A program made the translations under genes and the position numbers. The notes under the pieces are model-generated. The model was not told the origin of the DNA and did not search any database. It was given only the letters and a program-made list of their open reading frames with translations. From Rhodobacterales bacterium (lineage in GTDB: Bacteria > Pseudomonadota > Alphaproteobacteria > Rhodobacterales > Rhodobacteraceae), in NCBI GenBank assembly GCA_033839205.1, contig JAJLKH010000096.1, positions 12,510 to 76,509 of the forward strand: a stretch of DNA of 64,000 nucleotides, in the 5' to 3' direction. This document shows positions 13,212-23,159 of this stretch, piece by piece (within the stretch, counting starts at the first letter, position 1; every line of letters begins with the position of its first letter).

Positions 13212-13301
13212 GGGAAATCCCCCCTGGATTGAATTCTGGTCACCTGTTTGGTGTCCCCCCCTTGCCGCAAAGTCAAGCCGGGGTGGGTGCGGAACGTTCC
13301 G

Positions 13302-14030
13302 TCACGGGGCCAGCGGCCTGCGGCCACCCGGCCCCAGCGTCCAGACCTGGCCATCTTCGAACACCGCCACGGTCAGGGGCCTGCCATAGCCCGCGCCGCT
13401 GTCCAGGTTGATCCGGTTGCCATAATGGGCGGGGGCGTCCAGCGCGGTGTGGCCATGCACGACCAGCCAGGGATGCGCCCCCGTATGGTCAAGGAAAGGG
13501 CCGCGGATCCAGAGCATGTCATCCTCGGTCTGATCGGGCAGCGGAACGCCGGGCGCGATGCCTGCATGCACGAAGAGCATGCCCGCCGCCTGATGAAAGA
13601 TCGGCATGGCCTGCAGAAAGGCCAGATGCGCGGCAGGCACGGCGGCGCGCGCATCTTCGAGCATCTTGGGCGCCGGGCGGCCGGCGCCCGCATCCACGCC
13701 ATAGGAGACGAGGGTCTTGTCACCACCAAGGCGCGGGTTCAGCCAATCGACGCCTGAGACCACGCGCGCATCATGGATGCGCCCGTCTTCCAGGTAGCGT
13801 TGGAACATGCGGTCGTGATTGCCCTTGAGCACGGTCCAGTCACGCCCGGCGGCCTGACCCTGCATCAGCGTTTCGATCACGGCGCGGCTGCCCGGTCCGC
13901 GATCCACAAGATCGCCCAGGCTGATCAGCGGCGCATCCGCCCCGCCATCGGCGGCGATCAGATTCAGCGCGGTGTCCAGCATCGCGATCTCGCCATGAAT
14001 GTCACCGATCACGTAAAGCGGGCCGGTCAT
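13302..14030 (-). CDS. Metallophosphoesterase (PPP-type Ser/Thr phosphatase / ApaH-like)
   Basis: The motifs GDIHG, GDLVDRG, GNHD and VHGH occur in order. I place the start at ATG 14030 (MTGPLYVIGDIHG) rather than at the longer track ORF. Confidence 0.8.
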   Translation of the reverse strand: MTGPLYVIGDIHGEIAMLDTALNLIAADGGADAPLISLGDLVDRGPGSRAVIETLMQGQAAGRDWTVLKGNHDRMFQRYLEDGRIHDARVVSGVDWLNPRLGGDKTLVSYGVDAGAGRPAPKMLEDARAAVPAAHLAFLQAMPIFHQAAGMLFVHAGIAPGVPLPDQTEDDMLWIRGPFLDHTGAHPWLVVHGHTALDAPAHYGNRINLDSGAGYGRPLTVAVFEDGQVWTLGPGGRRPLAP

Positions 14031-14270
14031 CGCATCACCTTTCCCCAGGGTCCTGCGCATAGCCTTATCCGATATGCCGGAAGGCCGGAAGGGACCGTAC
14101 TTTGCAGAATGGCGGGTTTGGGGCATGATGCCCCCGTGACCCGCCGCAAGAGACGGGCACCCGTAACCAGTTCCTGGAAACACCAAGGATGTGGCCCTGC
14201 GCCCTGTTCCGTGATCGCAGGAAAGTCCGCATCCCCGTCAGTCAAGACGGATAACGGAAAGGACAAGGAT

Positions 14271-14654
14271 ATGAGGGGTATAGCGTTCTATTTTCTCTGC
14301 GCCGCCATCGTGGCGGTTCTGATCGGCATGGGCTGGGGGATCCAGATGTCGGCCGCGGGCGATCACAAGCTGGCCGGTGCGCATGCGCATCTCAACCTGG
14401 TGGGGTGGGTCACGCTGTCGATCTTTGCCTTCTATTACCATCTGGTGCCCGCGGCGCAGGAAGGGTGGCTGCCGAAACTGCATCTGGCCTGCGCCATTGG
14501 CGGGCTGGTGCTGCTGGTGCCCGGGATCGTCATGGCGATCAGGGGGCAGGACATGACCCTGGCCAAGGCGGGGTCCGTGCTGACGCTGGCGTCAATGGCG
14601 CTGTTCCTGCTGGTGGTCTTGAAACAAGGGATGCAACGGGATCAGGCCGCATGA
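14271..14654 (+). CDS. Small integral membrane protein (about 4 TM helices), function unknown
   Basis: 127 aa, with GGAAAGGACAAGG before ATG 14271. It has four hydrophobic stretches and an HAHLNLVGW motif. A strong terminator follows. Confidence 0.6.
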   Translation: MRGIAFYFLCAAIVAVLIGMGWGIQMSAAGDHKLAGAHAHLNLVGWVTLSIFAFYYHLVPAAQEGWLPKLHLACAIGGLVLLVPGIVMAIRGQDMTLAKAGSVLTLASMALFLLVVLKQGMQRDQAA

Positions 14655-14669
14655 AGCCCTGACGAAAAA

Positions 14670-14702
14670 CGCCGCCCCTGCGAGGGGCGGCGTGTTCTTT
14701 TT
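14670..14702. terminator. Bidirectional intrinsic terminator between the membrane-protein gene and serA
   Basis: Hairpin CGCCGCCCC-TGCGA-GGGGCGGCG, flanked by AAAAA upstream and TGTTCTTTTT downstream. Confidence 0.65.
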
Positions 14703-14719
14703 CATGGAAAGCGTGGTGA

Positions 14720-16315
14720 TCAGTTCACATCGAATTCCAGCGGTTTGACCTGCTGGAACAGACCCGTGTCCTTCAGCGCCTTGCAGACAGCCTCGTTCAC
14801 GGCCTCGTCGACATAAAGGATCGCGATCGCCTCGCCGCCCGCCGCGGCGCGGCCGAGGGTGAAGTTGGCGATGTTCACGCCGGCCTTGCCCATCGTGGTG
14901 CCCAGCGCGCCGATGATGCCCGGCACATCCTCGTTCGTGGTGTAGAGCATATGCGCCCCCACCTCGGCATCGATGTTGATGCCCTTGATCTGGATGAAGC
15001 GCGGCTTGCCATCGCTGAACACCGTGCCCGCGATGGAGCGTTCACGCTTTTCGGTCACGACCGTTACCTTGATGTAGCCGTCGAAGGCGCCCGATTTGTC
15101 CTGGTTCGTGGTCGAGATCTTGACGCCGCGTTCCTTCGCGATCACCGGCGCACTGACCATGTTCACATCGGGGTTCACGCGCTTCATGATGCCCGCGACC
15201 ACGGCCGAGTTCAGCGCGGCGAGGTTCATTTCGGCGACGACACCATCGTAAAGGATGTTGATCGCCTTGATCGGCTCGTCCGTCATCTGGCCGATGAAGC
15301 TGCCCAGGTGGCCTGCCAGCTTGACCCAGGGGCCCATGACCTTGGCTTCTTCGGCGGTGACCGACGGCATGTTCAGCGCGTTGGTCACGGCACCGGTCAG
15401 CAGGTAATCCGACATCTGTTCGGCCACCTGAAGGGCCACGTTTTCCTGTGCCTCGGTGGTGGATGCACCAAGGTGCGGCGTGCAGACGACGTTGGGCAGG
15501 CCGAACAGCGGGTTTTCGGTTGCGGGTTCGACGGAAAACACGTCGAAGGCGGCACCCGCCACATGGCCCGATTTCAGCAGATCGGCCAGCGCCTGTTCGT
15601 CCACCAGGCCGCCACGGGCGCAGTTGATGATGCGCACGCCGGGCTTGGTCTTTTCAAGGTTCTCGCGGCTGAGGATGTTGCGGGTCGCATCGGTCAGCGG
15701 CACGTGCAGCGTGATGAAATCGGCGCGGCGCAGCAGCTCTTCCAGTTCGACCTTCTCGACATGCATCTTCGATGCTTTCTCGTCCGAGAGGTAGGGGTCA
15801 TAGGCGATGACCTTCATGTGCAGGCCGCGCGCGCGGTCGCAGACGATGCCGCCGATATTGCCCGCGCCGATCACGCCCAGCGTCTTGCCGGTCAGTTCGA
15901 CACCCATGAATTTCGATTTTTCCCACTTGCCCGCATGGGTCGAGGCGGAGGCCTCGGGGATCTGGCGCGCCACGGCGAACATCATCGCGATGGCATGTTC
16001 GGCGGTGGTGATCATGTTGCCGAAGGGCGTGTTCATCACGATCACGCCGCGTCTGCTGGCCGCGTCCTTGTCGACGTTGTCGACACCGATGCCGGCGCGG
16101 CCCACGACCTTGAGATTGGTCGCGGCCTCAAGCACCTTTTCGGTCACCTTGGTGGCCGAACGGATCGCCAGGCCATCGTAATTGCCGATGATTTCCAGCA
16201 GCTTTTCCTTGTCCTTGCCCAGCTTGGGCTGGAAATCGACGTCGATCCCGCGGTCGCGGAAGATCTGCACGGCGGCATCGGACAATTCGTCGGAGATGAG
16301 AACTTTGGGAGCCAT
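14720..16315 (-). CDS. serA: D-3-phosphoglycerate dehydrogenase
   Basis: 531 aa from ATG 16315 (MAPKVLISD). It has the NAD-binding motif GVIGAGNIGG and a long form with a C-terminal ACT-like domain. It lies downstream of serC. Confidence 0.92.
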   Translation of the reverse strand: MAPKVLISDELSDAAVQIFRDRGIDVDFQPKLGKDKEKLLEIIGNYDGLAIRSATKVTEKVLEAATNLKVVGRAGIGVDNVDKDAASRRGVIVMNTPFGNMITTAEHAIAMMFAVARQIPEASASTHAGKWEKSKFMGVELTGKTLGVIGAGNIGGIVCDRARGLHMKVIAYDPYLSDEKASKMHVEKVELEELLRRADFITLHVPLTDATRNILSRENLEKTKPGVRIINCARGGLVDEQALADLLKSGHVAGAAFDVFSVEPATENPLFGLPNVVCTPHLGASTTEAQENVALQVAEQMSDYLLTGAVTNALNMPSVTAEEAKVMGPWVKLAGHLGSFIGQMTDEPIKAINILYDGVVAEMNLAALNSAVVAGIMKRVNPDVNMVSAPVIAKERGVKISTTNQDKSGAFDGYIKVTVVTEKRERSIAGTVFSDGKPRFIQIKGINIDAEVGAHMLYTTNEDVPGIIGALGTTMGKAGVNIANFTLGRAAAGGEAIAILYVDEAVNEAVCKALKDTGLFQQVKPLEFDVN

Positions 16316-16395
16316 GTCAGTGGTCCTTCGATATGAATGAGAGAGGAGCGGGGCGCGCATCAGCGCGCACCCCGGAAAGAGCGGGGATCAGCGGA

Positions 16396-17550
16396 TCAGG
16401 CGGCTTCGGCCTGGGCTGCGATCTCGGCCTCGAAGGCCCATTCCAGCCAGGGCAGAACGGCCTGCACATCGGCGGTTTCCACCGTGCCGCCGCACCAGAT
16501 CCGAAGGCCCGCGGGCGCATCGCGATAGGCGCCGATATCGAGCGCGACACCTTCGGATTCCAGCCGCTTGGCGACAGCCTTGGCGAAGGCGGCACCGTCC
16601 TTGATGCGGTCATCGGTGAACTTGAGACAGACGGATGTGTTGGACCGCGTGGCAGGATCAACGGCCAGGTTGGCGATCCAGGGACGGGTTTCGCAGAAAT
16701 CCCAGATCGCGCCGGCGTTCGCATCGGCGCGCGCCATCAGCCCCTTGAGCCCACCGACCGAGCGCGCCCAGTCGAGTGCGACCAGGTAATCCTCGACCGC
16801 CAGCATCGACGGCGTGTTGATCGTCTCGCCGACGAAGATGCCTTCGTTCAGCTTGCCCTTGGAGGTCAGGCGGAAGATCTTGGGCAGGGGCCAGGCGGGT
16901 GTGTAGCTTTCCAGACGCGCGACGGCGCGGGGGCTGAGGACCAGCATCCCATGTGCCGCTTCGCCGCCCAGCACCTTCTGCCAGCTGAAGGTGGTCACAT
17001 CCAGCTTATCCCAAGGCAGGTCCTGCGCGAAGGCGGCCGAGGTTGCATCGCACATCGTCAGACCCTTGCGGTCCGCCGGGATCGCATCGCCATTGGGCAT
17101 GCGCACACCGGATGTGGTGCCGTTCCAGGTGAAGCAGACGTCACGGTCGTAATCGAGCGCGGCCATGTCCACGATCTCGCCATAGGGTGCTTCATGCACG
17201 CGGGCGTCGATCTTGAGCTGTTTGACGGCGTCGGTGACCCAGCCCGCGCCAAAGCTTTCCCAGGCGACCATTTCGGCAGGGCGTTCGCCCAGCATGGTCC
17301 ACATGGCCATTTCAAAGGCGCCGGTATCCGAGGCGGGAACGATCCCGATGCGGTAATCGGACGGAATGCCGAGGATCTCGCGTGTGCCCTCGATGGCGGC
17401 CTTTAGCTTGGCCTTGCCGATACCTGCGCGGTGGCTGCGGCCCAGGGGCGCGTCCGACAGCAGATCAAGCGAGAATGTGGGGATTTTGGCGCAGGGGCCA
17501 GAGGAGAACCGCGGATTGGCCGGCCGCGATGCCGGTTTCGTCGTCGTCAT
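16396..17550 (-). CDS. serC: Phosphoserine aminotransferase
   Basis: 384 aa. The N-terminus [16 protein letters not shown] is typical of alphaproteobacterial SerC. It is in operon position directly upstream of serA. Confidence 0.9.
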   Translation of the reverse strand: MTTTKPASRPANPRFSSGPCAKIPTFSLDLLSDAPLGRSHRAGIGKAKLKAAIEGTREILGIPSDYRIGIVPASDTGAFEMAMWTMLGERPAEMVAWESFGAGWVTDAVKQLKIDARVHEAPYGEIVDMAALDYDRDVCFTWNGTTSGVRMPNGDAIPADRKGLTMCDATSAAFAQDLPWDKLDVTTFSWQKVLGGEAAHGMLVLSPRAVARLESYTPAWPLPKIFRLTSKGKLNEGIFVGETINTPSMLAVEDYLVALDWARSVGGLKGLMARADANAGAIWDFCETRPWIANLAVDPATRSNTSVCLKFTDDRIKDGAAFAKAVAKRLESEGVALDIGAYRDAPAGLRIWCGGTVETADVQAVLPWLEWAFEAEIAAQAEAA

Positions 17551-17660
17551 TGATGCTATCCTTCCAGATAAGCGCCCCCCGTTGGGGAGGGGTGTCCCAT
17601 CGCCGGAAATAGAAGGGTTCGGATGCTTTCACAACGGGAAAAATGGCGCTATAGCGCCGC
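17551..17660 (-). promoter_or_regulatory. Candidate structured serC 5' leader (possible serC-leader motif / attenuator)
   Basis: Read on the minus strand, the hairpin GGCGC-UAUA-GCGCC is followed by AUUUUU (palindrome at 17645..17658). Nearer the start codon are a CCCC..GGGG hairpin and a short stem that overlaps the GGAAGGA RBS. Confidence 0.3.
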
Positions 17661-17707
17661 ATCACGCACAATTTGCGACATCACCATCCACGATCGGAAA
17701 CACGCCC

Positions 17708-18592
17708 ATGTTCATTGCCACGGTTCTTGCCAATCCCGTCACGCGCAACCTGGAAGGTTCCTTGCTGGACAGCCTGCGCAATGCCTGGGGTGGTGGCGAT
17801 GTGGTCTGGCTGGATCCCGACGTGGCGGCCGAGTTTTCCCTGCCTGCAATTCCCGGCAATCGCTGGCAGGTCTGGGAGGATCTGCAAGGCATCGGGCTGG
17901 ACCTTGTGGTGCAGCCCGTCGCGGGGCGGCGCAAGCGGATGCTTCTGGCCGATATGGACAGCACGATGATCCAGCAGGAATGCATCGACGAACTGGCCGA
18001 CATGGCCGGTGTGGGCGCGCATGTGGCTGACATCACCGCGCGCGCCATGAATGGCGAGCTGGATTTCGAAGAGGCATTGCTGGAACGTGTGGCGCTGCTG
18101 CGTGGCCTGGACGAAGGCGTGATCGCGCAGGTGCTGCGCGAGCGGATCACCTTCATGCCGGGCGGCGCCGAACTGGTCGCCACGATGAAGGCCAGTGGCG
18201 GACATGCGGCGCTGGTGTCGGGTGGTTTCACCGCCTTTACGACGCGCGTGGCCGAGGTGCTGGGCTTTGACGAGCATCGCGCGAATACACTGCTGGTCGC
18301 GGATGGCAAGCTGGCCGGAGACGTGGCCCGCCCCATCCTTGGACGGCAAGCCAAGATCGAGGCGCTGGAACAGATCAGCGCGCGGCTGGGCATCGCGGAA
18401 TCCCATGTAATCGCCGTGGGCGACGGGGCCAATGATCTGGGGATGCTGGGGCGCGCGGGCACCGGCGTCGCATTGCATGCCAAGCCCAGCGTGGCCGCGC
18501 AATGCGATGTGCGGATCAACCATGGCGACCTGACCGCGCTGCTGTTCATCCAGGGCTATGCACGATCGGATTTCATCAAGACGCTTGCCTGA
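17708..18592 (+). CDS. serB: Phosphoserine phosphatase
   Basis: HAD motif I (DMDSTMI) and motif III (GDGANDL) are present. The start is at ATG 17708 (MFIATVLANP). The gene is divergent from serC. Confidence 0.88.
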   Translation: MFIATVLANPVTRNLEGSLLDSLRNAWGGGDVVWLDPDVAAEFSLPAIPGNRWQVWEDLQGIGLDLVVQPVAGRRKRMLLADMDSTMIQQECIDELADMAGVGAHVADITARAMNGELDFEEALLERVALLRGLDEGVIAQVLRERITFMPGGAELVATMKASGGHAALVSGGFTAFTTRVAEVLGFDEHRANTLLVADGKLAGDVARPILGRQAKIEALEQISARLGIAESHVIAVGDGANDLGMLGRAGTGVALHAKPSVAAQCDVRINHGDLTALLFIQGYARSDFIKTLA

Positions 18593-18606
18593 TTCCCGGC
18601 CAAACG

Positions 18607-18622
18607 TTAACCTGGCGTTAAC
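18607..18622 (+). promoter_or_regulatory. Candidate CtrA-type box TTAACCTGGCGTTAAC (TTAA-N7-TTAAC)
   Basis: This is a perfect match to the TTAA-N7-TTAAC pattern. It forms an 11-bp direct repeat CGTTAACC, 57 nt upstream of the Hint-domain ORF start. Confidence 0.45.
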
Positions 18623-18678
18623 CTTCGCTGCCGCGTTTCAACAAAACCTGGGGGGCTTGTTGACAAGGGCCCAGGTTA

Positions 18679-19668
18679 GTGCCGACGATCGAGATCTTCG
18701 CCACAGGCGACGAAATAGGCACCTTTAGCAGCGTGTCATCATCCGGTAATTCCAACGGGATGAAGGTGACGTTGGGGGGCGTGCAGCCGCTGGGCAGTGC
18801 GACGGACGTGTTTCGGATCGTGATCCGGCAAGTCAACACCGGCGGCGCCTTGTTTCAGAACGGGCAGTTGGTCGACATTTATGCCTGGCCCGATACCGAT
18901 CCGCCTTCACCGCCGATCTATTCCTCGCTCAACCCGCAGCATGATCAGTTCCAGGGCCGCGCCTCGTCGGCGGAGCATCAGATCTTTACCAGCGCCGGGG
19001 TAGTGCTTGACCTCAACGGGATCACGGCGGGCACGCTGCAATATGGTCCCGGCATCAACCCTCCGCGCGATCAGCAACTGTCGTTTACCAGTTTCTCACC
19101 CGATCCGCCCGTCTTTCCATGCTTTGCCGCGGGCACCCTGATCGAGGCAGAGGGCGGACCGAGGGCGGTGGAAACCCTGAGAGAAGGGGATCTGGTGCTG
19201 ACCGCCGACAACGGGCTGCAACCGATCCGCTGGATCGGACAGCGCCGGGTCTCGGGACTGGATCGTCTGGCGCCGATCCTGATCAAGGCGGGCGCCCTGG
19301 GCAATTACCGTGACCTGCTGGTATCGCCGCAGCACCGGATGCTGATGCAGGATTGGCGCATGCAGATCTATTTCGCCGCACCGCAGGTTCTGGTGGCGGC
19401 AAAGCACCTGGTGAACGGCAAAACCATCACATTGGCCCCAAGGCAGCAGATCACATATGTCCATCTGGCCTTTGACCGGCACGAGATCATCTTTGCCGAG
19501 GGCTGCCCCAGCGAAAGCCTGTTTCTGGCCGATGAATCCATGGCTTCTCTTGGTGCAGAGGCGTTGGCCGAACTGAGAGAGATCTTTCCCGAGTTGCGTG
19601 ATCACGCGCCCGGCGGCAAGGCCGCGCGGGCGTTCCTGCGCGGATGGGAAGCCGCGTTGGTCGCATGA
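18679..19668 (+). CDS. Hint (bacterial intein-like, BIL) domain-containing protein
   Basis: The C-terminal module starts with CFAAGT (Cys codon 19120..19122). It continues with GDLVLTADNGLQPIRWIGQRRV, SPQHRML and IIFAEGCPSESLF. The N-terminal 147 aa are unrecognised. The GTG start is uncertain. Confidence 0.8.
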   Translation: MPTIEIFATGDEIGTFSSVSSSGNSNGMKVTLGGVQPLGSATDVFRIVIRQVNTGGALFQNGQLVDIYAWPDTDPPSPPIYSSLNPQHDQFQGRASSAEHQIFTSAGVVLDLNGITAGTLQYGPGINPPRDQQLSFTSFSPDPPVFPCFAAGTLIEAEGGPRAVETLREGDLVLTADNGLQPIRWIGQRRVSGLDRLAPILIKAGALGNYRDLLVSPQHRMLMQDWRMQIYFAAPQVLVAAKHLVNGKTITLAPRQQITYVHLAFDRHEIIFAEGCPSESLFLADESMASLGAEALAELREIFPELRDHAPGGKAARAFLRGWEAALVA

Positions 19669-19687
19669 TCCTGCCCCAAACCGGCAA

Positions 19688-20683
19688 TCAGGCGAAGGCG
19701 GCGCCCGGTCGGATCATCCCGGTCGCGATCCCGCGACGGTTCAGGATCGGCGCATTCAGAAACTGGCGCGTCGCGGGATGATCGGCATCCAGCACCCCGA
19801 GGCGCACGAGGATCGCGGCGATCGCGCATTCCGCCCCGCGCGTCGTGCCATCCGTGATCTTGAGCGCCACGCCCAGTTTCCGTTCGGGGATGATGGCGAT
19901 GAAGAACGCCTCTGCCCCGGTCTTGAGCGCGACGCGCCCGTTCATCGCGCGCATCAGCAAGGTGCAGGCGCGGCCTTCGCCGGCGACCAGTTCGGGAAAG
20001 GTCACCATCGCCTGCACCAGGCGCGCAGCCGCGCTTTGCTGGGTGCCCGCCCCCTCATGGGCGGCGGCGAAGAAGGCCATCGCGCGGGCCATACCATGCA
20101 GGGAGGTGGCGAAGTTCGGGGCGGAACAGCCGTCGATGCCGTATCCCGGGCTTGTCTCTGCGGTGATTTCCTCGAAAGCTTCAAGGCAGGCGCGCTGCAC
20201 CGGGTGATCGGGGTCGACATAGTCCGCGCCACCGCGCAGGTGGCGGTTGAGCGTCAGGAAACCTGCATGTTTGCCCGAACAGTTGTTGTGAATCTGACAG
20301 GGTTTTTGCCCCGCGCGGATCAGCGCATCGCGCGCCGGCAGATCGGCGGGTTCCTGCGGCCCGCAGCGGAAATCATCGACGGTGCATCCGATATGATCCA
20401 GCCAGCCTTTCACCCGGTCCGTATGGATCGCCGCCCCCTGGTGGCTGGCGCAGGCAAGGGCCAGGTGTTCGGGCCACAGCCGCGCGGCATCGGCCGCACC
20501 GCTGGTGATCAGCGGCATGGCCTGCAACATTTTCGAGGACGAGCGCGGCATGACCACCGCCTGCGGATCACCCCATGCTTCGACGATCCCGCCCGAAGCA
20601 TCGCAGATCACGGCATGACCATGATGGATGCTTTCAAGAAAGGGGCCGCGCCAGATCTCGGCCATGGGAACTGGGGGGGTCAT
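19688..20683 (-). CDS. Asparaginase family protein (L-asparaginase II type)
   Basis: About 331 aa from ATG 20683, with AAAGGAG upstream. The family-typical motifs ESIHHGHAVICDASG and PRSSSKMLQAMP are present. Confidence 0.8.
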   Translation of the reverse strand: MTPPVPMAEIWRGPFLESIHHGHAVICDASGGIVEAWGDPQAVVMPRSSSKMLQAMPLITSGAADAARLWPEHLALACASHQGAAIHTDRVKGWLDHIGCTVDDFRCGPQEPADLPARDALIRAGQKPCQIHNNCSGKHAGFLTLNRHLRGGADYVDPDHPVQRACLEAFEEITAETSPGYGIDGCSAPNFATSLHGMARAMAFFAAAHEGAGTQQSAAARLVQAMVTFPELVAGEGRACTLLMRAMNGRVALKTGAEAFFIAIIPERKLGVALKITDGTTRGAECAIAAILVRLGVLDADHPATRQFLNAPILNRRGIATGMIRPGAAFA

Positions 20684-20877
20684 CGATTGCTCCTTTGTAA
20701 ACTCTGCGCGATCCTTGGAGATGGCTGTGCGATTTTCCGCCAACAGCACTTTCGCATGTGGCAGCTTTCAGGCTATTGTTGCAAGGTCGAGAAGAACATG
20801 GGTCAAGCGCGAATGCCGAAAACGGCGGGCCTGACCCATCGCGGAATTGAGGCACGTACGGCTTGGAGGCTGGACAG

Positions 20878-21417
20878 ATGACATCAAGACTGGCGCGCGG
20901 TTGGATCTGCGCAAGTGTCGGGGCGGTGATGGCCCTTGCAGCGACCGGAGCATGGGCGCAACAGACAAGCACAAACCAGGTGGCTGCCAAGACGGATTGG
21001 AGCGTTTTCGAGGACGCCGATCCCAAGGAATGCTGGGCGGTATCTTCGCCCAAGGAAACGGTGAACACGCGTGATGGCCGCGTGGTGGCCGTGCAGCGCG
21101 GTGAAATCCTGCTGATGACCTTCTACCGCCCTGCGGCCGGGGTCAGCGGCCAGGTGACCTTCACGGGCGGCTATCCTTTCGCCTCGGGGTCGACCGTGAA
21201 CCTGAACATCAACGACACCCAGTTCGAGCTTTTCACCGAGGGCGAATGGGCATGGCCTGCATCGGCCGAGGATGATGCCAAGATCATCGCCGCGATGAAA
21301 GGCGGCTCTTCCGCCATTCTGACGGCGCGGTCGTCGCGCGGGACGGTGACCAAGGATACATTTTCCTTGCTGGGCTACACGGCCGCCACCGAAGAGGCCG
21401 CGCGCCGCTGCCAGTAA
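20878..21417 (+). CDS. Invasion-associated locus B (IalB)-like periplasmic protein
   Basis: It has a signal peptide ending ATGAWAQ and a paired-Cys architecture (KECW ... RRCQ). GGAGG lies upstream of ATG 20878. Confidence 0.7.
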   Translation: MTSRLARGWICASVGAVMALAATGAWAQQTSTNQVAAKTDWSVFEDADPKECWAVSSPKETVNTRDGRVVAVQRGEILLMTFYRPAAGVSGQVTFTGGYPFASGSTVNLNINDTQFELFTEGEWAWPASAEDDAKIIAAMKGGSSAILTARSSRGTVTKDTFSLLGYTAATEEAARRCQ

Positions 21418-21439
21418 CGGGCGCGCCTGACCAGACCAG

Positions 21440-21464
21440 GGCAGCCCCATGCGGGCTGCCTTTT
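21440..21464 (+). terminator. Intrinsic terminator after the ialB-like gene
   Basis: Hairpin GGCAGCCC-CATGC-GGGCTGCC followed by TTTT. Confidence 0.6.
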
Positions 21465-21557
21465 CACATTTGAAACTTGGCTTTGGATTCGCCGCGCGAA
21501 TCCTGTATGACCCCGCTCTGTTTCCAAGCCCGCTCTGTTTCCAGGGATGCAAAGCCG

Positions 21558-22739
<1,182 letters not shown>

Positions 22740-22892
22740 TCGGTCAGCATTGCGGAAGCTGTCGCGCCAATCAACCGACGCTGCCTTAATTGTTTCGGTT
22801 TGCCACGCAATCGCCCTGATCCGGTAGAATTGGCGCCAAAATCTTTGAACAGACTGTTTCCTGTAGAGAGTTATTCAACAGGAGTTCGGGAC

Positions 22893-23105
22893 ATGTCCGT
22901 CATCCAAGCCAGCGACGCCTTCATGGCCGCGCAAGTTCTTGACCTGGTGCTGAGCGAGCGCCGCAAGGCGTTGTCGCCGCGCGAGTGGAAACACCGCCTT
23001 GCCGGTTACGGCTACAACCTGATGCAATCGGACGAGGGCGTGGTTGTCACCAGCATTCGCACGGGCACACAGGTCTGCGCCGTTCCCGGTGAAATGTCGG
23101 TCTGA
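22893..23105 (+). CDS. Hypothetical small protein (70 aa)
   Basis: ACAGGAG lies 7 nt upstream of ATG 22893. I recognise no family. The gene sits after a lower-GC spacer. Confidence 0.4.
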   Translation: MSVIQASDAFMAAQVLDLVLSERRKALSPREWKHRLAGYGYNLMQSDEGVVVTSIRTGTQVCAVPGEMSV

Positions 23106-23159
23106 CGGCAACACCCATCCGCCCGGCGGGTTGTGTGGCGCCTTGCTGTGTTGTCACGC

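Noticed and set aside
18660-18665. Perfect TTGACA hexamer just before the Hint gene GTG
   Set aside because: A matching -10 would fall inside the annotated ORF. I note it only as a reason why the start codon (GTG 18679 versus ATG 18760) is uncertain, not as a supported promoter.
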